A stretch of 64,000 nt of DNA from NCBI GenBank assembly GCA_963768655.1, contig CAVYIM010000003.1, forward strand, positions 352,001-416,000, read 5' to 3'. This stretch comes from an uncultured Chloroflexia bacterium. GTDB taxonomy: Bacteria > Chloroflexota > Limnocylindria > Limnocylindrales > CSP1-4. How positions within the stretch are numbered: the stretch's first letter is position 1; each line of letters starts with the position of its first letter. This document shows, piece by piece, positions 19,442 through 28,909 of this stretch. Made by a program: the position numbers and the translations under genes. Below the pieces are notes generated by a model. That model searched no databases. It was not told the DNA's origin and worked only from the letters and a program-made list of their open reading frames with translations.

Positions 19442-20904
19442 TCGGCCGCCCGCTCATGTGCCCGGTCTGCGGCGGACCGGGCCGAGTGTTCGTCGGACCG
19501 GGCCCGGCCGCCCGCTTTGGCCGCCTCGGTCCAGTGCTCGACGAGATATGGCTTGAGCAGCTCGAACTCGCGGGCCTGGCGCTCCACGCGTTCCTCGGCC
19601 TGTTCGGTGGAGAGGCGCCTGTTTTCGATGACGAAGCGGCCGACCCGTCCGAAGTAGATCGGCACGAACGCCGCCACCAGCCGCTCGGTCGGCACATCGC
19701 CGAAGCTCGCGCTCACCAGCAGGTCGTACAGGATGCGGGCCCAGAGGTCGTCCGGGAAATGGAAGCCCGAAACCAGGTCCGACAGCTCGTCGGTGGCGGG
19801 CAGTCCGTCGCTGCCGGCGGAGCCCTGGCCCGATTCGGCGGTCAGGCCCAGCTTCCGCGCCGCGGCCTCGGCCATGGCCCCGGCCTCCCAGGCCAGCTCG
19901 ACCACGCTCTTGCAGTTGTCCGGCCGGAGCATTCCCCGCCACGTGTCGGCGACCGTCAGCGCCCCGGCGTGGAACTGGCTGAGCAGGCGCAGCGTGTTGA
20001 CCTCCAGGGGCGCCGGATCGGCGTACCGCTCGAAGCCGTAGGCCGGCACCTCGTGGCTGCCGGAGATCTCCAGCCAGCGATGGGCGTTGTCCCTGGCCAT
20101 GCCCAGCAGCGTCCCCACGACCTGGCGGAACATCGGACCCAGATCCGCGCCGGGGTCCTTGGGGTCGTGGATCTTGGCGCCGAGGCGGCTCTGGCAGACG
20201 GCGAAGCCGCCCGTCAGCGCGGTCGTCGTCATCCAGATGTCGATGCCGAAGCGCGACACGTCCGGTGTCCAGGTCTCCTGGGCGAGGTAGTCGCGGATCA
20301 GGTCGCCGCTGATGCCGAAGTCGCCGCCGATCGGCTGGCGTATGCGGTGGCCGTACAGCGCCCGCGTCATCGGGTAGGTGACGGTGTTGGTGATGGTGCC
20401 GTCGTACTTGTGGCGGGAGTAGAGCGGCGCCACGAAGTCGTAGCCGCCCTTCAGGATCGGCCCGGCCAGCAGCTCGATCCATTCCGGGACGATCGAGCGC
20501 AGGTCCGAATCCACGACCACGAGGGCCCCGACGTCGAGCGCGGCGGCCATCTCGAGGATGGTCCGCAGAGCGGCGCCCTTGCCGCCGACGCCGTCGACGT
20601 CCGGATAGGTCAGGCTGACCCTATCAAGCCGGTTCTTCGGGTGGACGAGCAGTATCTGCTCCACGTACCCGGGTGGCTCGGTCTCTACCACCACCCGCTG
20701 CGTTCCGTCAGGGGAACCCGCATCCGCGTTCACCAGCACCGGCCGAAGATCGGGAAAGTACTGGACCAGGCCGGCCTGGGCAGCCCGAACGACGTGGCCG
20801 ATCGTGGCCGCGTTCCGGTAGCTCGGAATGCCGACCATGATGTCGGCACAGCCGAGTCGCGCGATCTCATCCCGAATGGCAGGCGTCAGAGCACTCGCGG
20901 GCAT
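19438..20904 (-). CDS. GT2/GT78-like glycosyltransferase, probable glucosylglycerate synthase (Ggs; mannosylglycerate synthase-like)
   Basis: DIMVGIPSY.NA.TIGHVV, GKGAAL, VDSDLRSI.PEWI, YSRHKYDGTITN, RQPIGGDFG, FGIDIWMT, KIHDPKDPGADLGPMFRQVVG. Confidence 0.8.
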   Translation of the reverse strand: MPASALTPAIRDEIARLGCADIMVGIPSYRNAATIGHVVRAAQAGLVQYFPDLRPVLVNADAGSPDGTQRVVVETEPPGYVEQILLVHPKNRLDRVSLTYPDVDGVGGKGAALRTILEMAAALDVGALVVVDSDLRSIVPEWIELLAGPILKGGYDFVAPLYSRHKYDGTITNTVTYPMTRALYGHRIRQPIGGDFGISGDLIRDYLAQETWTPDVSRFGIDIWMTTTALTGGFAVCQSRLGAKIHDPKDPGADLGPMFRQVVGTLLGMARDNAHRWLEISGSHEVPAYGFERYADPAPLEVNTLRLLSQFHAGALTVADTWRGMLRPDNCKSVVELAWEAGAMAEAAARKLGLTAESGQGSAGSDGLPATDELSDLVSGFHFPDDLWARILYDLLVSASFGDVPTERLVAAFVPIYFGRVGRFVIENRRLSTEQAEERVERQAREFELLKPYLVEHWTEAAKAGGRARSDEHSARSAADRAHERAAE

Positions 20905-20987
20905 CCGGTGCACCGTACCACGCCGCCGGACCGAGCGGCGAGTCCTGGCCGGAAAGCGTGGTCGCGGACGGCCCGGGTGGCGCAGGC

Positions 20988-21689
20988 TCAGCGGGTTCTT
21001 ATCGGGACGGCTACCCAGTCGCTCGGCTCGCCGGTCGGGCGATAGCGGCCGTTGGCGGGCTTGTAGACCAGCTCCCGGAAGCCCTGGGCATGCCAGGTCA
21101 GAGCCTGCGAGCCGGTAGGCGGTCGAACGTAAGGCGTGATCCGAACGAGCTGGTCGACCTTGAGGGCGGCATCGAGCAGGCGCTTGCGCTCGAGGAGGGG
21201 CAAGTCGATGAGGGTCGATCCGTCGATCTGCAGCAGATCAACCGCCACGAAAGCGATCGGGCGGTCGGGGTCCAGATGGCGCTTGGGCTCGGGCGGTCGG
21301 GCGCGTCCGCCGACGAACATCTGGGTCAGATATGCGCCCTTGGCCGGGGGCTCAACCGCAGTCATGTCGAGGCCCTTTGGGTCCTGGGTCGGCTCGACCG
21401 TGAGAAAGCCGTCAGCGACGAGGTCATCGGTCAACGCGGCGGCGGCTATGGCCCGGGCCAGCTCGGCGAACTCCGCGGTGCAATCGACGCCATCCTCGTC
21501 GGTCACGGTTGCCAGCGGCGATCCGTCGGGCCCGCGCCCAACACGAACGATGACGCGTACCCCGCTCCAGCTCGGTTCGATGATCGGATCGGATACGGAG
21601 CGCCAGCCCTTGCGGCCGAACGCCTGGGGGCGCCAATCGGCAGGGTCGATCGGTGGCGAGGGTTGGGTCCGACGACGTCGTGGCAGCAT
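20988..21689 (-). CDS. ATP-dependent DNA ligase adenylation-domain homolog, catalytically degenerate, no OB domain
   Basis: Fold markers FVAVDLLQIDG...LIDLPLLERKRLL and K...YRP...DW are present, but motif I reads EPSWSGVR rather than EPKxDGxR. Confidence 0.8.
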   Translation of the reverse strand: MLPRRRRTQPSPPIDPADWRPQAFGRKGWRSVSDPIIEPSWSGVRVIVRVGRGPDGSPLATVTDEDGVDCTAEFAELARAIAAAALTDDLVADGFLTVEPTQDPKGLDMTAVEPPAKGAYLTQMFVGGRARPPEPKRHLDPDRPIAFVAVDLLQIDGSTLIDLPLLERKRLLDAALKVDQLVRITPYVRPPTGSQALTWHAQGFRELVYKPANGRYRPTGEPSDWVAVPIRTR

Positions 21690-21698
21690 CAGCCGATT

Positions 21699-22772
21699 CT
21701 AGACCCCAGCCGAATTGGCGCCCGCGTCGCCACCGCCAACCTGCGGCGGCGCGCTCGGCCTGCTATCTGCGTAGCCCGCCGGATGGGCGCGTTGCCACTC
21801 CCAGGCCGATCCGATGATCTGCTCGAGCGTGCCCTGGCTGGCGTTCCAGCCGAGCTTCTCGTACGCGTTCTGGGGGCTGGCCACCAGGATCGGCGGATCG
21901 CCCGGGCGGCGTGGGCCGATGCTGATGGCGATCGGCCGGCCGACGACGGCTTCCGAAGCGGCCACGACTTGACGATTGCTGAAGCCGGTGCCGCTCCCGA
22001 GGTTGCAGATCAGCGGCTCGCACGGCCCCGCAGCCGGGCCAGTCCGCGTGTCCGCAGGATCCGTCGCCTCGAGCGCGAGCATGTGCGCCCGAGCCAGGTC
22101 CTCGACGTGGATGTAGTCGCGGATGCAGGTCCCGTCGGGAGTGGGGTAGTCATCGCCGAAGAGAGTGACCTCGCGCCCGGCTGCCGCCGCCTGCAGCACG
22201 CACGGGATGAGGTGCGTCTCCGGGTCGTGCCCCTCGCCGTAAGCCGGGCTCGCGCCGGCGGCATTGAAGTAGCGCAGGATCACGCTCCGCATGCCGTAGC
22301 CGTGGCCATACCAGCGAATCGCACCCTCGACGCAGCGCTTCGTCTCGCCGTAGGCGTTGATCGGACGAATCGGATCGGTTTCGACGATGGGCGTCCGCTC
22401 GGGCATGCCGTACGTCGCTGCGGTTGAGCTGAACACGATGCGTCGTACGCCGGTCGTCCGCATCGCTTCGAGCAGCGCGATGCCGCCGGCAACGTTCTCG
22501 CGGAAGTACTTGGCCGGATCGGTCATCGACTCCCCGACGATGGACTTGGCGGCGCAGTGCAGGACCGCCTCGATGCGGTACCGCTCCAGCAGAGCGGCCA
22601 CGCCGGCCTGGTCGCCGTAGCTGCCGACCTCGAGTCGGGCCGCCGGCGAAACCGCCCCGCGGTATCCGGTCGAGAGATCGTCGAGGACAGTGACTTCGTG
22701 GCCCGCGGCCACCAGGGCCTCGACCGAAACCGAACCGATGTACCCGGCACCGCCGGTGACGAGGATGCGCAT
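21699..22772 (-). CDS. galE: UDP-glucose 4-epimerase
   Basis: ILVTGGAGYIGS, FSSTAATYG, YGETK, LRYFNAAGA, DGTCIRDYIHVEDLA. Confidence 0.96.
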   Translation of the reverse strand: MRILVTGGAGYIGSVSVEALVAAGHEVTVLDDLSTGYRGAVSPAARLEVGSYGDQAGVAALLERYRIEAVLHCAAKSIVGESMTDPAKYFRENVAGGIALLEAMRTTGVRRIVFSSTAATYGMPERTPIVETDPIRPINAYGETKRCVEGAIRWYGHGYGMRSVILRYFNAAGASPAYGEGHDPETHLIPCVLQAAAAGREVTLFGDDYPTPDGTCIRDYIHVEDLARAHMLALEATDPADTRTGPAAGPCEPLICNLGSGTGFSNRQVVAASEAVVGRPIAISIGPRRPGDPPILVASPQNAYEKLGWNASQGTLEQIIGSAWEWQRAHPAGYADSRPSAPPQVGGGDAGANSAGV

Positions 22773-24455
22773 TCAGTCTCCTCTGAATCTTCTCAGGAGC
22801 CCTTTGCGGCGAGGCTCCAGGGTCGCTCTCGAATTTGAATTGGCCGGCCCTGCCCCGTCGGCGCCAGGCTCGCCGGGACCATCGTTCTCGGCGATGACCT
22901 CGCGTTCCGCGCCAGGCTCGCCTGCGCTGCCCGCGCTGTCCGGTTCGCCGCCCAGGACCAGGGCCACGGCCTCGCGCAGGGCGGCTGCCTCAGCGTCATC
23001 CTCCGTGGGCTCCTCGCCGGTCTCGGAATGTCCGGCCGAACGTCTCGCCGCAGGCGCCCCCGAGCTCCCCGCCGGAGGTGCGGCTGAATGCCGAGCCGGC
23101 GGTGCCGCGGAGGGAACGGCGGGCTCGCGCGGACCGCTCTCGGCCTCGGCTCCGGTGGCATCGCCCTCGGCTCCGTCGGCCCCGGTTCCGGGGATCCACT
23201 CGGAGGCGCGCCGGGCGGTTGCCTGCTCGGCCGAGGCCAGCTCCGCAGCCATGAGCTCGGCCTCCGACTCGGCTTCGAACTCCATCTGCGCCGCTGCATC
23301 GACTTCCATCTGCGCCGCTGAGTCGGCCTCGACCGGTGCCGCCGAGTCGGCTTCGACCGTCTCGCTCAGGCCGGCTCGCAGCTCGGCTGCCCTCAGGTCG
23401 GCCTCCAGGGCCTCGAGGTCTATCCATCGGGGCGTCGGCGGGCCGAGCTCTTCGGAAGCCACAAGCTCCGCGACTCCGAACACGTTCTCGTCGAGCTCGG
23501 CAGCCTCCCGCTCGGCGGCCTCCCTCTCGGCAGCAGTCACGGCGTCCTCGATGTCGACTTCCGCCGCATCCATTTCGGCGGCCTCCAGTTCGGCCGAATC
23601 CGCCACCAGCGCGACGCGCATGGCGATGCTCTCGTCTTCGCCCGTGGCCTCGATGGCCCCGTAGACTTCGCCCAGCTCGTCCTCGGCGTGGCTCGGGGCC
23701 CGCCCGGCCCGCGCGACGTGCTCCTCGATGACCACGTCGTCGGTCTGGTCGACAGCCTCGATTGCCGCGGCCGACTCCGCGGCCGCGAATGGATCGTCCA
23801 TGCGCGGCCGGGGCTTCAGGTCCTCCGGCACCAGGTTCCGGCGGGCTCGATCGCCGAGCGCCTGATGCGCCTTCGGACGAGGTGGTCCCGGAGGCCGCGA
23901 AGCCGCGTCTGCCGCGGCCCTGGTGGCGGCCCCTGCCGCGGTCGTCGCAGCCGCGGCCGTCGCTGCCGCGGCCGCGGTCTGGCGGCCGGCCTGGCGCCCC
24001 TCCGCCGGCGGTTCGGCGGGGAGCTGGGGCGGTGCCTTGCGAGCGTCGTCCACCCCGTCCTTGTCCCGCTTGCCCGGCTTGACGCTGCCGGCTCTGGTGC
24101 CGGCGGCTGTCTCGTCCTCGGCGCCTGCGGCGCGCCGGCGGCCAAGTTCCTCCAGGCGCTGCGCCGCCAGCAGCGGCAGGTCCGGCTGGTTTGAAGCGGT
24201 CGACTCAGGTACGCCTCCTGAGAGGGTCTCGAGGATCCTCCGCGCGGCGACCATCCCCGGGTCCATCACCAGGGCACGGTCGGCGAACGTCCGCGCCAGA
24301 CGCCGGTCGCCACGCTCCAGGGAGACGCGGGCAAGACCCGCGACCGCGATCGCGTTCGTAGGGTCCAGCTCGATGAGCTGCCAGTACGACCGCTCGGCCT
24401 GGTCGAGCGCTCCGCTCGACAGGGCCTTTTCGGCCTGAAGCAGGACTTCGAACAT
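22773..24455 (-). CDS. TPR-repeat protein with long acidic Ala/Glu-rich disordered tail
   Basis: N-terminal TPR pair (AERSYWQLIELDPTNAIAVAGLARV...RALVMDPG), acidic repeats (VEADSAA), basic C-terminus KGLLRRFRGD. Confidence 0.8.
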   Translation of the reverse strand: MFEVLLQAEKALSSGALDQAERSYWQLIELDPTNAIAVAGLARVSLERGDRRLARTFADRALVMDPGMVAARRILETLSGGVPESTASNQPDLPLLAAQRLEELGRRRAAGAEDETAAGTRAGSVKPGKRDKDGVDDARKAPPQLPAEPPAEGRQAGRQTAAAAATAAAATTAAGAATRAAADAASRPPGPPRPKAHQALGDRARRNLVPEDLKPRPRMDDPFAAAESAAAIEAVDQTDDVVIEEHVARAGRAPSHAEDELGEVYGAIEATGEDESIAMRVALVADSAELEAAEMDAAEVDIEDAVTAAEREAAEREAAELDENVFGVAELVASEELGPPTPRWIDLEALEADLRAAELRAGLSETVEADSAAPVEADSAAQMEVDAAAQMEFEAESEAELMAAELASAEQATARRASEWIPGTGADGAEGDATGAEAESGPREPAVPSAAPPARHSAAPPAGSSGAPAARRSAGHSETGEEPTEDDAEAAALREAVALVLGGEPDSAGSAGEPGAEREVIAENDGPGEPGADGAGPANSNSRATLEPRRKGLLRRFRGD

Positions 24456-25891
24456 CAACGCGCCTCGTTCATGCGACCCAAAGACTCACCGCCAGATTCT
24501 CCGCCCGCCGGTCCATCGACAAGCACGCGGGCCAGCTCGAGCAGGATGGCACGATCGTTGAGCGCCGGCTCGGCGATCACCCGCTCCGTGAGCTCGTCGA
24601 GTATCCGGCCGAGCATTCGACCCGGCGGAATGCCCAGCTCCGAACGGAGGTCGTTGCCGTCGATGGCAAGCTCGTTTCGACTCAGGACCGCGTGAGCGGC
24701 GAGCTCGTCGCGGATTCGCCGTTCCAGCTCCGGAAGGGAGCCGGCCTGGGCCGGGAGGCCGCTGCCCTCGTTGTCGGCGGCCCGGAGCGCCAGCAGGTCG
24801 TCGACGGAACCCGGGCCGACCTTTCGAATGAAGCGCCTGACGGCGGCGTCGCTCCAGCTGGGCTGGTAGGAGAACATGTGATTGCGGACCAGGTGCGCGA
24901 CGCGCTCCTGGAGGGCCCGCGGCGCGTGAAGGTTCGAGAGGAACTCGCGTGCCATCGCGGCGCCGACCGTCTCGTGGCCGTGGAAGTGCCCCTCGGCGAG
25001 AGTGTCCGGCTTGCCGACATCGTGGAGCAGGGAGGCGAGCCGGACGAGAGTGTGGTTCGGCGCCGCGTCGACGGTTCTGAGCGTGTGATCCCAGAGGTCC
25101 TCGCCGCCGACCTTGTTCTGGGGGATCCCGGCCTGGCGGGCGAGATCCGGGGCAATCACGGCCAGCAGACCCGTCTCCGCCATCAGGCGCAGCCCTGCGC
25201 TCGGGCGAGGGGCGGCAAGGAGCTTGAGCAGCTCGGTAAGGATGCGCTCGCCCGAGAGATGGCGCGCCAGCTCGGCGTTTCGGTAGATAGAGGCGAGCGT
25301 TTCCACCTCGATCTCGAAGCCGAGCGTCGCCGCCAGGCGGACCGCCCGAACCATTCGCAAAGCGTCTTCGCCGAACCTCCGGTCCGGGTCGCCGACTGCC
25401 CGAAGCAGTCGTCGGGCCAGGTCCGCGCGGCCGCCGTGAGGGTCGACGAAGACCTGCGCCTCGTCCGGCCTGCCGCCCCACGCCATGGCGTTGACGGTGA
25501 AGTCGCGGCGGGCCAGGTCCTCCTCGATCGAGTCGCCGAACTCGACGCTGTCCGGGTGGCGGTGGTCGGTGTACGAGACATCACGCCGGAACGCCGTTAT
25601 CTCGTACTGAGCGTGGGCATGCCGCACGACCACGGTCCCGAACCGGTTCTCGTACAGCGAGCGCGGGAACAGGCTCTGGATCCGCTCCGGCGGCGCGTCC
25701 GTCGTCAGGTCCCAATCCGCGGGTTCGCGGCCGAGCAGCGCGTCGCGAAGACAGCCGCCCACGACATACGCGGAGTGCCCGCCTCCCCGGAGAGTGGCCA
25801 GCAGCTCCTCGACCGGCGCAGGAATCTTCGGCGCCGGCCCGGGCGCCGCGCGCAGGCCCCCGGTCCCCCCGGCCTCGAGATCAGTGGCCAA
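24455..25891 (-). CDS. cca: CCA tRNA nucleotidyltransferase/poly(A) polymerase family with HD domain
   Basis: VGGCLRD, DWDLTT, DLARRDFTVNAMA, RFGEDALR, LSGERI, LLHDVGKP; start approximate (TTG overlapping the HNH end). Confidence 0.9.
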   Translation of the reverse strand: MATDLEAGGTGGLRAAPGPAPKIPAPVEELLATLRGGGHSAYVVGGCLRDALLGREPADWDLTTDAPPERIQSLFPRSLYENRFGTVVVRHAHAQYEITAFRRDVSYTDHRHPDSVEFGDSIEEDLARRDFTVNAMAWGGRPDEAQVFVDPHGGRADLARRLLRAVGDPDRRFGEDALRMVRAVRLAATLGFEIEVETLASIYRNAELARHLSGERILTELLKLLAAPRPSAGLRLMAETGLLAVIAPDLARQAGIPQNKVGGEDLWDHTLRTVDAAPNHTLVRLASLLHDVGKPDTLAEGHFHGHETVGAAMAREFLSNLHAPRALQERVAHLVRNHMFSYQPSWSDAAVRRFIRKVGPGSVDDLLALRAADNEGSGLPAQAGSLPELERRIRDELAAHAVLSRNELAIDGNDLRSELGIPPGRMLGRILDELTERVIAEPALNDRAILLELARVLVDGPAGGESGGESLGRMNEAR

Positions 25892-26393
25892 GGAAGAGGT
25901 ACGAGCGCCAGCTCCCGTTGCGGTCGTCCCGGAGGTACGGCGTGAAGAGCGAGTAGACGTCACAGCGTGGCTCGATCGGGCGGCGGGCCAGTCGAAGCTT
26001 GGCCTCGTCGAGCAGTTTGCCGCCCTTGCGATGGTTGCACGACTTGCAGGCCGTGACCAGGTTATCCCAGGTGTGGGAGCCGCCACGATGACGGGGCACG
26101 ACATGGTCCAGGGTTAGATCGCCGCTCTGGTGGCCGCAGTACTGGCACGTATAGGAGTCGCGCGTGAAGATCTCACGCCGAGTCAGCTTCACCCGCGGCC
26201 GCGGCCTCTTGATCTGGTGCTGGAGGCGGATCACGGCGGGCGCGCGGTAGTCTGCCCGCGGCGTCCGGATCACCTGGTGGTCGTACTCGAGCACTTCGGC
26301 CCGCTCGCCGAACACCAGCCGGAAGGCGCGTGGCAGGTTGCACACGTTCAGCGGCTCATAGTTCTGATTGAGGACCAGGACCACGCCCTCCAT
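25881..26393 (-). CDS. HNH endonuclease (McrA-like, HNH_5)
   Basis: VLVLNQNYEPL, RDSYTCQYCG, LTLDHVVPRHRGG, WDNLVTACKSCNHRKG. Confidence 0.93.
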   Translation of the reverse strand: MEGVVLVLNQNYEPLNVCNLPRAFRLVFGERAEVLEYDHQVIRTPRADYRAPAVIRLQHQIKRPRPRVKLTRREIFTRDSYTCQYCGHQSGDLTLDHVVPRHRGGSHTWDNLVTACKSCNHRKGGKLLDEAKLRLARRPIEPRCDVYSLFTPYLRDDRNGSWRSYLFLGH

Positions 26394-26502
26394 GCTCGCA
26401 TCCTACCAGAGCAGGGCCCTGGGCCGGGCTCGCGCGGGGCCGACGTCCGCGGCACGATTGCAAATCCCTCGGCCGGGTGGGCCTGCCAGCCTCGGCCCCG
26501 TC

Positions 26503-26535
26503 GAAACAGGGAGGCCCCCGACGTCGGGGGCCTCC
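26503..26535 (-). terminator. Intrinsic terminator after the tad gene cluster
   Basis: GGAGGCCCCCG-ACGT-CGGGGGCCTCC hairpin followed by CTGTTTC on the minus strand. Confidence 0.75.
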
Positions 26536-26557
26536 GAATGCTCAGGGGCTGGGCGAT

Positions 26558-28301
26558 CTACGGTCCAGTCGGAACGAGGTGGACCGGGTTGCCTTTCACA
26601 TTGACCGACCAGGTGGTGAGGTCGCTTCCGGCCGAAACGTTGTACTGGACCTGCCACCAGCCGCCCTGCCATAGGCCGTTGGCGCCATAGTTGGTCCCGA
26701 GCGGAATAGTGATCTCGATCCACGTGTTGTTGAAGCTGCTTCCACTCGAACCCGCGACCGTGATCTTGCTGCGTCCGGTGCCGGAGCAGGCGTCCGACTT
26801 GCCGGCGGCGCAGTTGCCCGGGCTCACCTCCGCCAGGCTCGAGTTGTAGTTGTACGTGGTATAGCTGAAGTTCGTGACGAGCACCGGGCTGGACCCCGAC
26901 GTGTCCGGGCTCAGGATCTGGATGTAGCCGGCCGTCGAGTCGCCGATGTCGAACAAGTCGATGGTGAGCGTCTTTCCGGCGCCGGTCTCCTGGTCGACTT
27001 TGGCGATGTAGAACTGCTGGAGGACGTTGTTCGCCGAGAGGTTGTTGTAGACGGCCATCCTGTCGTAGCCGTAGACCGTCGGCGAGCCGCCTCCGACTGC
27101 CTCTATGGCGAACATGTTCTGAGCGGCGGTGCTATCGCTGGTCTCCGAGGCGCCACTCGGATTCGTGGTCGAAACCTCCAGTTCATAGGTCCCGGCTGCT
27201 TCGGTCGCGAAGGTCCACCACTTGTCGTGGTAAGTCGCATTACAGGCAGTGGCACCGGAGGGGCCGCCGTTCGATGTGTCAGAGCCCGTTTCGTTCTGGA
27301 ACGTGGCTCCCGAGGAGGCCACCTGGGTCCAGCTGCCGGGAACCAGCGGCACGTTGTGCGTGTCCCACAGCGTGTAGTAGGTGGAAACCGGGTGGCTGGT
27401 GCCGGAGGAACCGACCCAGTGATCGCCGGCGCCGTAGTTACCGGCTGTGCCGGCGCCCATGGCGCAGAAGCCGGCATCGAAGATGTTGATGTTGCCTCCG
27501 GACGGGAGGGTCACCGTGTAGTAGTAGCCCTTGTACCCGTCCGCCCCTGTCGGAGCCCCGGGGTACAGAACATTGTTCGACGGGCTGCCGGTGGAGTTGT
27601 TCTCGGGCGCATAGGCGTCGCCGTTCTGCTCGTCCCCGCCCGGAGTGCTGATTGCCCCCCAGGCCCCCAGGCTGCCCAGGGAGTTGGATCCGGTGAAGGC
27701 CGAGTTATCCGAGGTGACGCCGCTCTGGCCGTTACCCGTAGTGGCACAGCCGGGGACCGGCGACTGATTGCCCGACTTGAGGACGTAGCAGCCAACTCCC
27801 ATGTAGGCCAGCGGGCTGCCCATCGGCACGGGCATGATGAACGCGGCGCGTGACTGGCGGGTGATCGTCCAGTTGTTGATACCGAAGATTTCGAACGAAG
27901 AAAGTCGGGACCTGGCTGGTGATCGTCACATTCAACTGACGGTTGTTGGCCGGATTCGGGGCGGCGGTGACCGATGTCGTCGTACCGGCCGCGTAACCGT
28001 TGGCCGCAACTTCGGCGATGGCGGTGTTGTCGGCGTCGGTAACGTCGCCGGGCAGGTAGACCACGCCCGCGAGCGACCCCGCATCGGCCGCGCGCTGAAT
28101 CTCCAGCCCCTTGCGCCAGGCGTATGTAACGTCGATGGCGATCCCGACGAGCCCGATCAGAACGGTCAGCATCAGGGCGAAGACGACGATGATCTGGCCC
28201 GCCTCCTTGGCGGTCAGATCGATCTTGGCGCGATCGCGGTTCATCCGGCCGTCGACCTTGTGACGTCCGTGAAGATGTATCCGAAGCAGTGGCTGACTCA
28301 T
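26558..28301 (-). CDS. TadG-like pilus tip protein with large Cys-containing beta-rich C-terminal domain, frameshifted at 27889-27891
   Basis: Prepilin-like GQIIVVFALML...AIDV...QRAADAGSLAG; removing one base gives VPTFFVRIFGINNWTITRQSRAAFIMPVPMG, joining the two ORFs. Confidence 0.85.
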
Positions 28302-28909
28302 TGCGAAGGTGGCTCCAGTGCCATCACGGTTTGGTCGGTCATGGTGATCTGGGCTGACGTGAACATCGATAGGAGCGCCCCAAGCGGCGTGATGAACACG
28401 TACTTATACGTGATTCGGACGCCGATGGATGGAGCGGGTGCCGTGCCGCAGCGCGTCGAAGCGTCCCAGTTCGCCGAGGACTGGACGAAGTCGAGGTTCT
28501 GCGCGGCGCCGGCCAGCAATGGCCCGCCCCGGTAGGAGTACGTCCACGTGTTGACCTTGCTGGACATCGACCCGTCGGCATTGGCCAGGAAGATCTGGAT
28601 CGACTGGACCTGCGCCGGGTTGACCGGCGAACCGGGCGAAACGAGGGCTCCCTCGACGGCGCCGATGATCTGCGGATCGACGAGCTGGGAGGCGGCCGTC
28701 ACGCCGCCGCCGCAGGCCGCACTGCCGTTGACCAGCTCCGAGCCGACTCGAGCGCCCTGCCTCGTCGCCGTCTCGATGGCCGTGTTGTGGTTGATCGCGA
28801 AACCGAGTTCCAGCATCCCCAGCACCAGGACCAGGATCACCGGCAGGATCAGGGTGAACTCGGCGAGGGACTGACCGCGCATGGACCGGCGTCGCAGGGC
28901 TCGCGTCAT
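28298..28909 (-). CDS. TadE-like minor pilin
   Basis: RGQSLAEFTLILPV...ATRQGARVG, VRITYKY..ITP; ATGA-coupled. Confidence 0.92.
   Translation of the reverse strand: MTRALRRRSMRGQSLAEFTLILPVILVLVLGMLELGFAINHNTAIETATRQGARVGSELVNGSAACGGGVTAASQLVDPQIIGAVEGALVSPGSPVNPAQVQSIQIFLANADGSMSSKVNTWTYSYRGGPLLAGAAQNLDFVQSSANWDASTRCGTAPAPSIGVRITYKYVFITPLGALLSMFTSAQITMTDQTVMALEPPSQ

Noticed and set aside
20988-21689. Functional NHEJ ligase (LigC/LigD)
   Set aside because: The catalytic Lys and other motif residues are missing, there is no OB domain, and no Ku or primase-polymerase gene is nearby.
25881-26393. HNH gene as a mobile homing endonuclease, IscB/Cas9-like effector or defence system
   Set aside because: Short stand-alone McrA-like HNH with no RuvC motifs, flanking repeats, intron context or methylase; it sits in a housekeeping operon.
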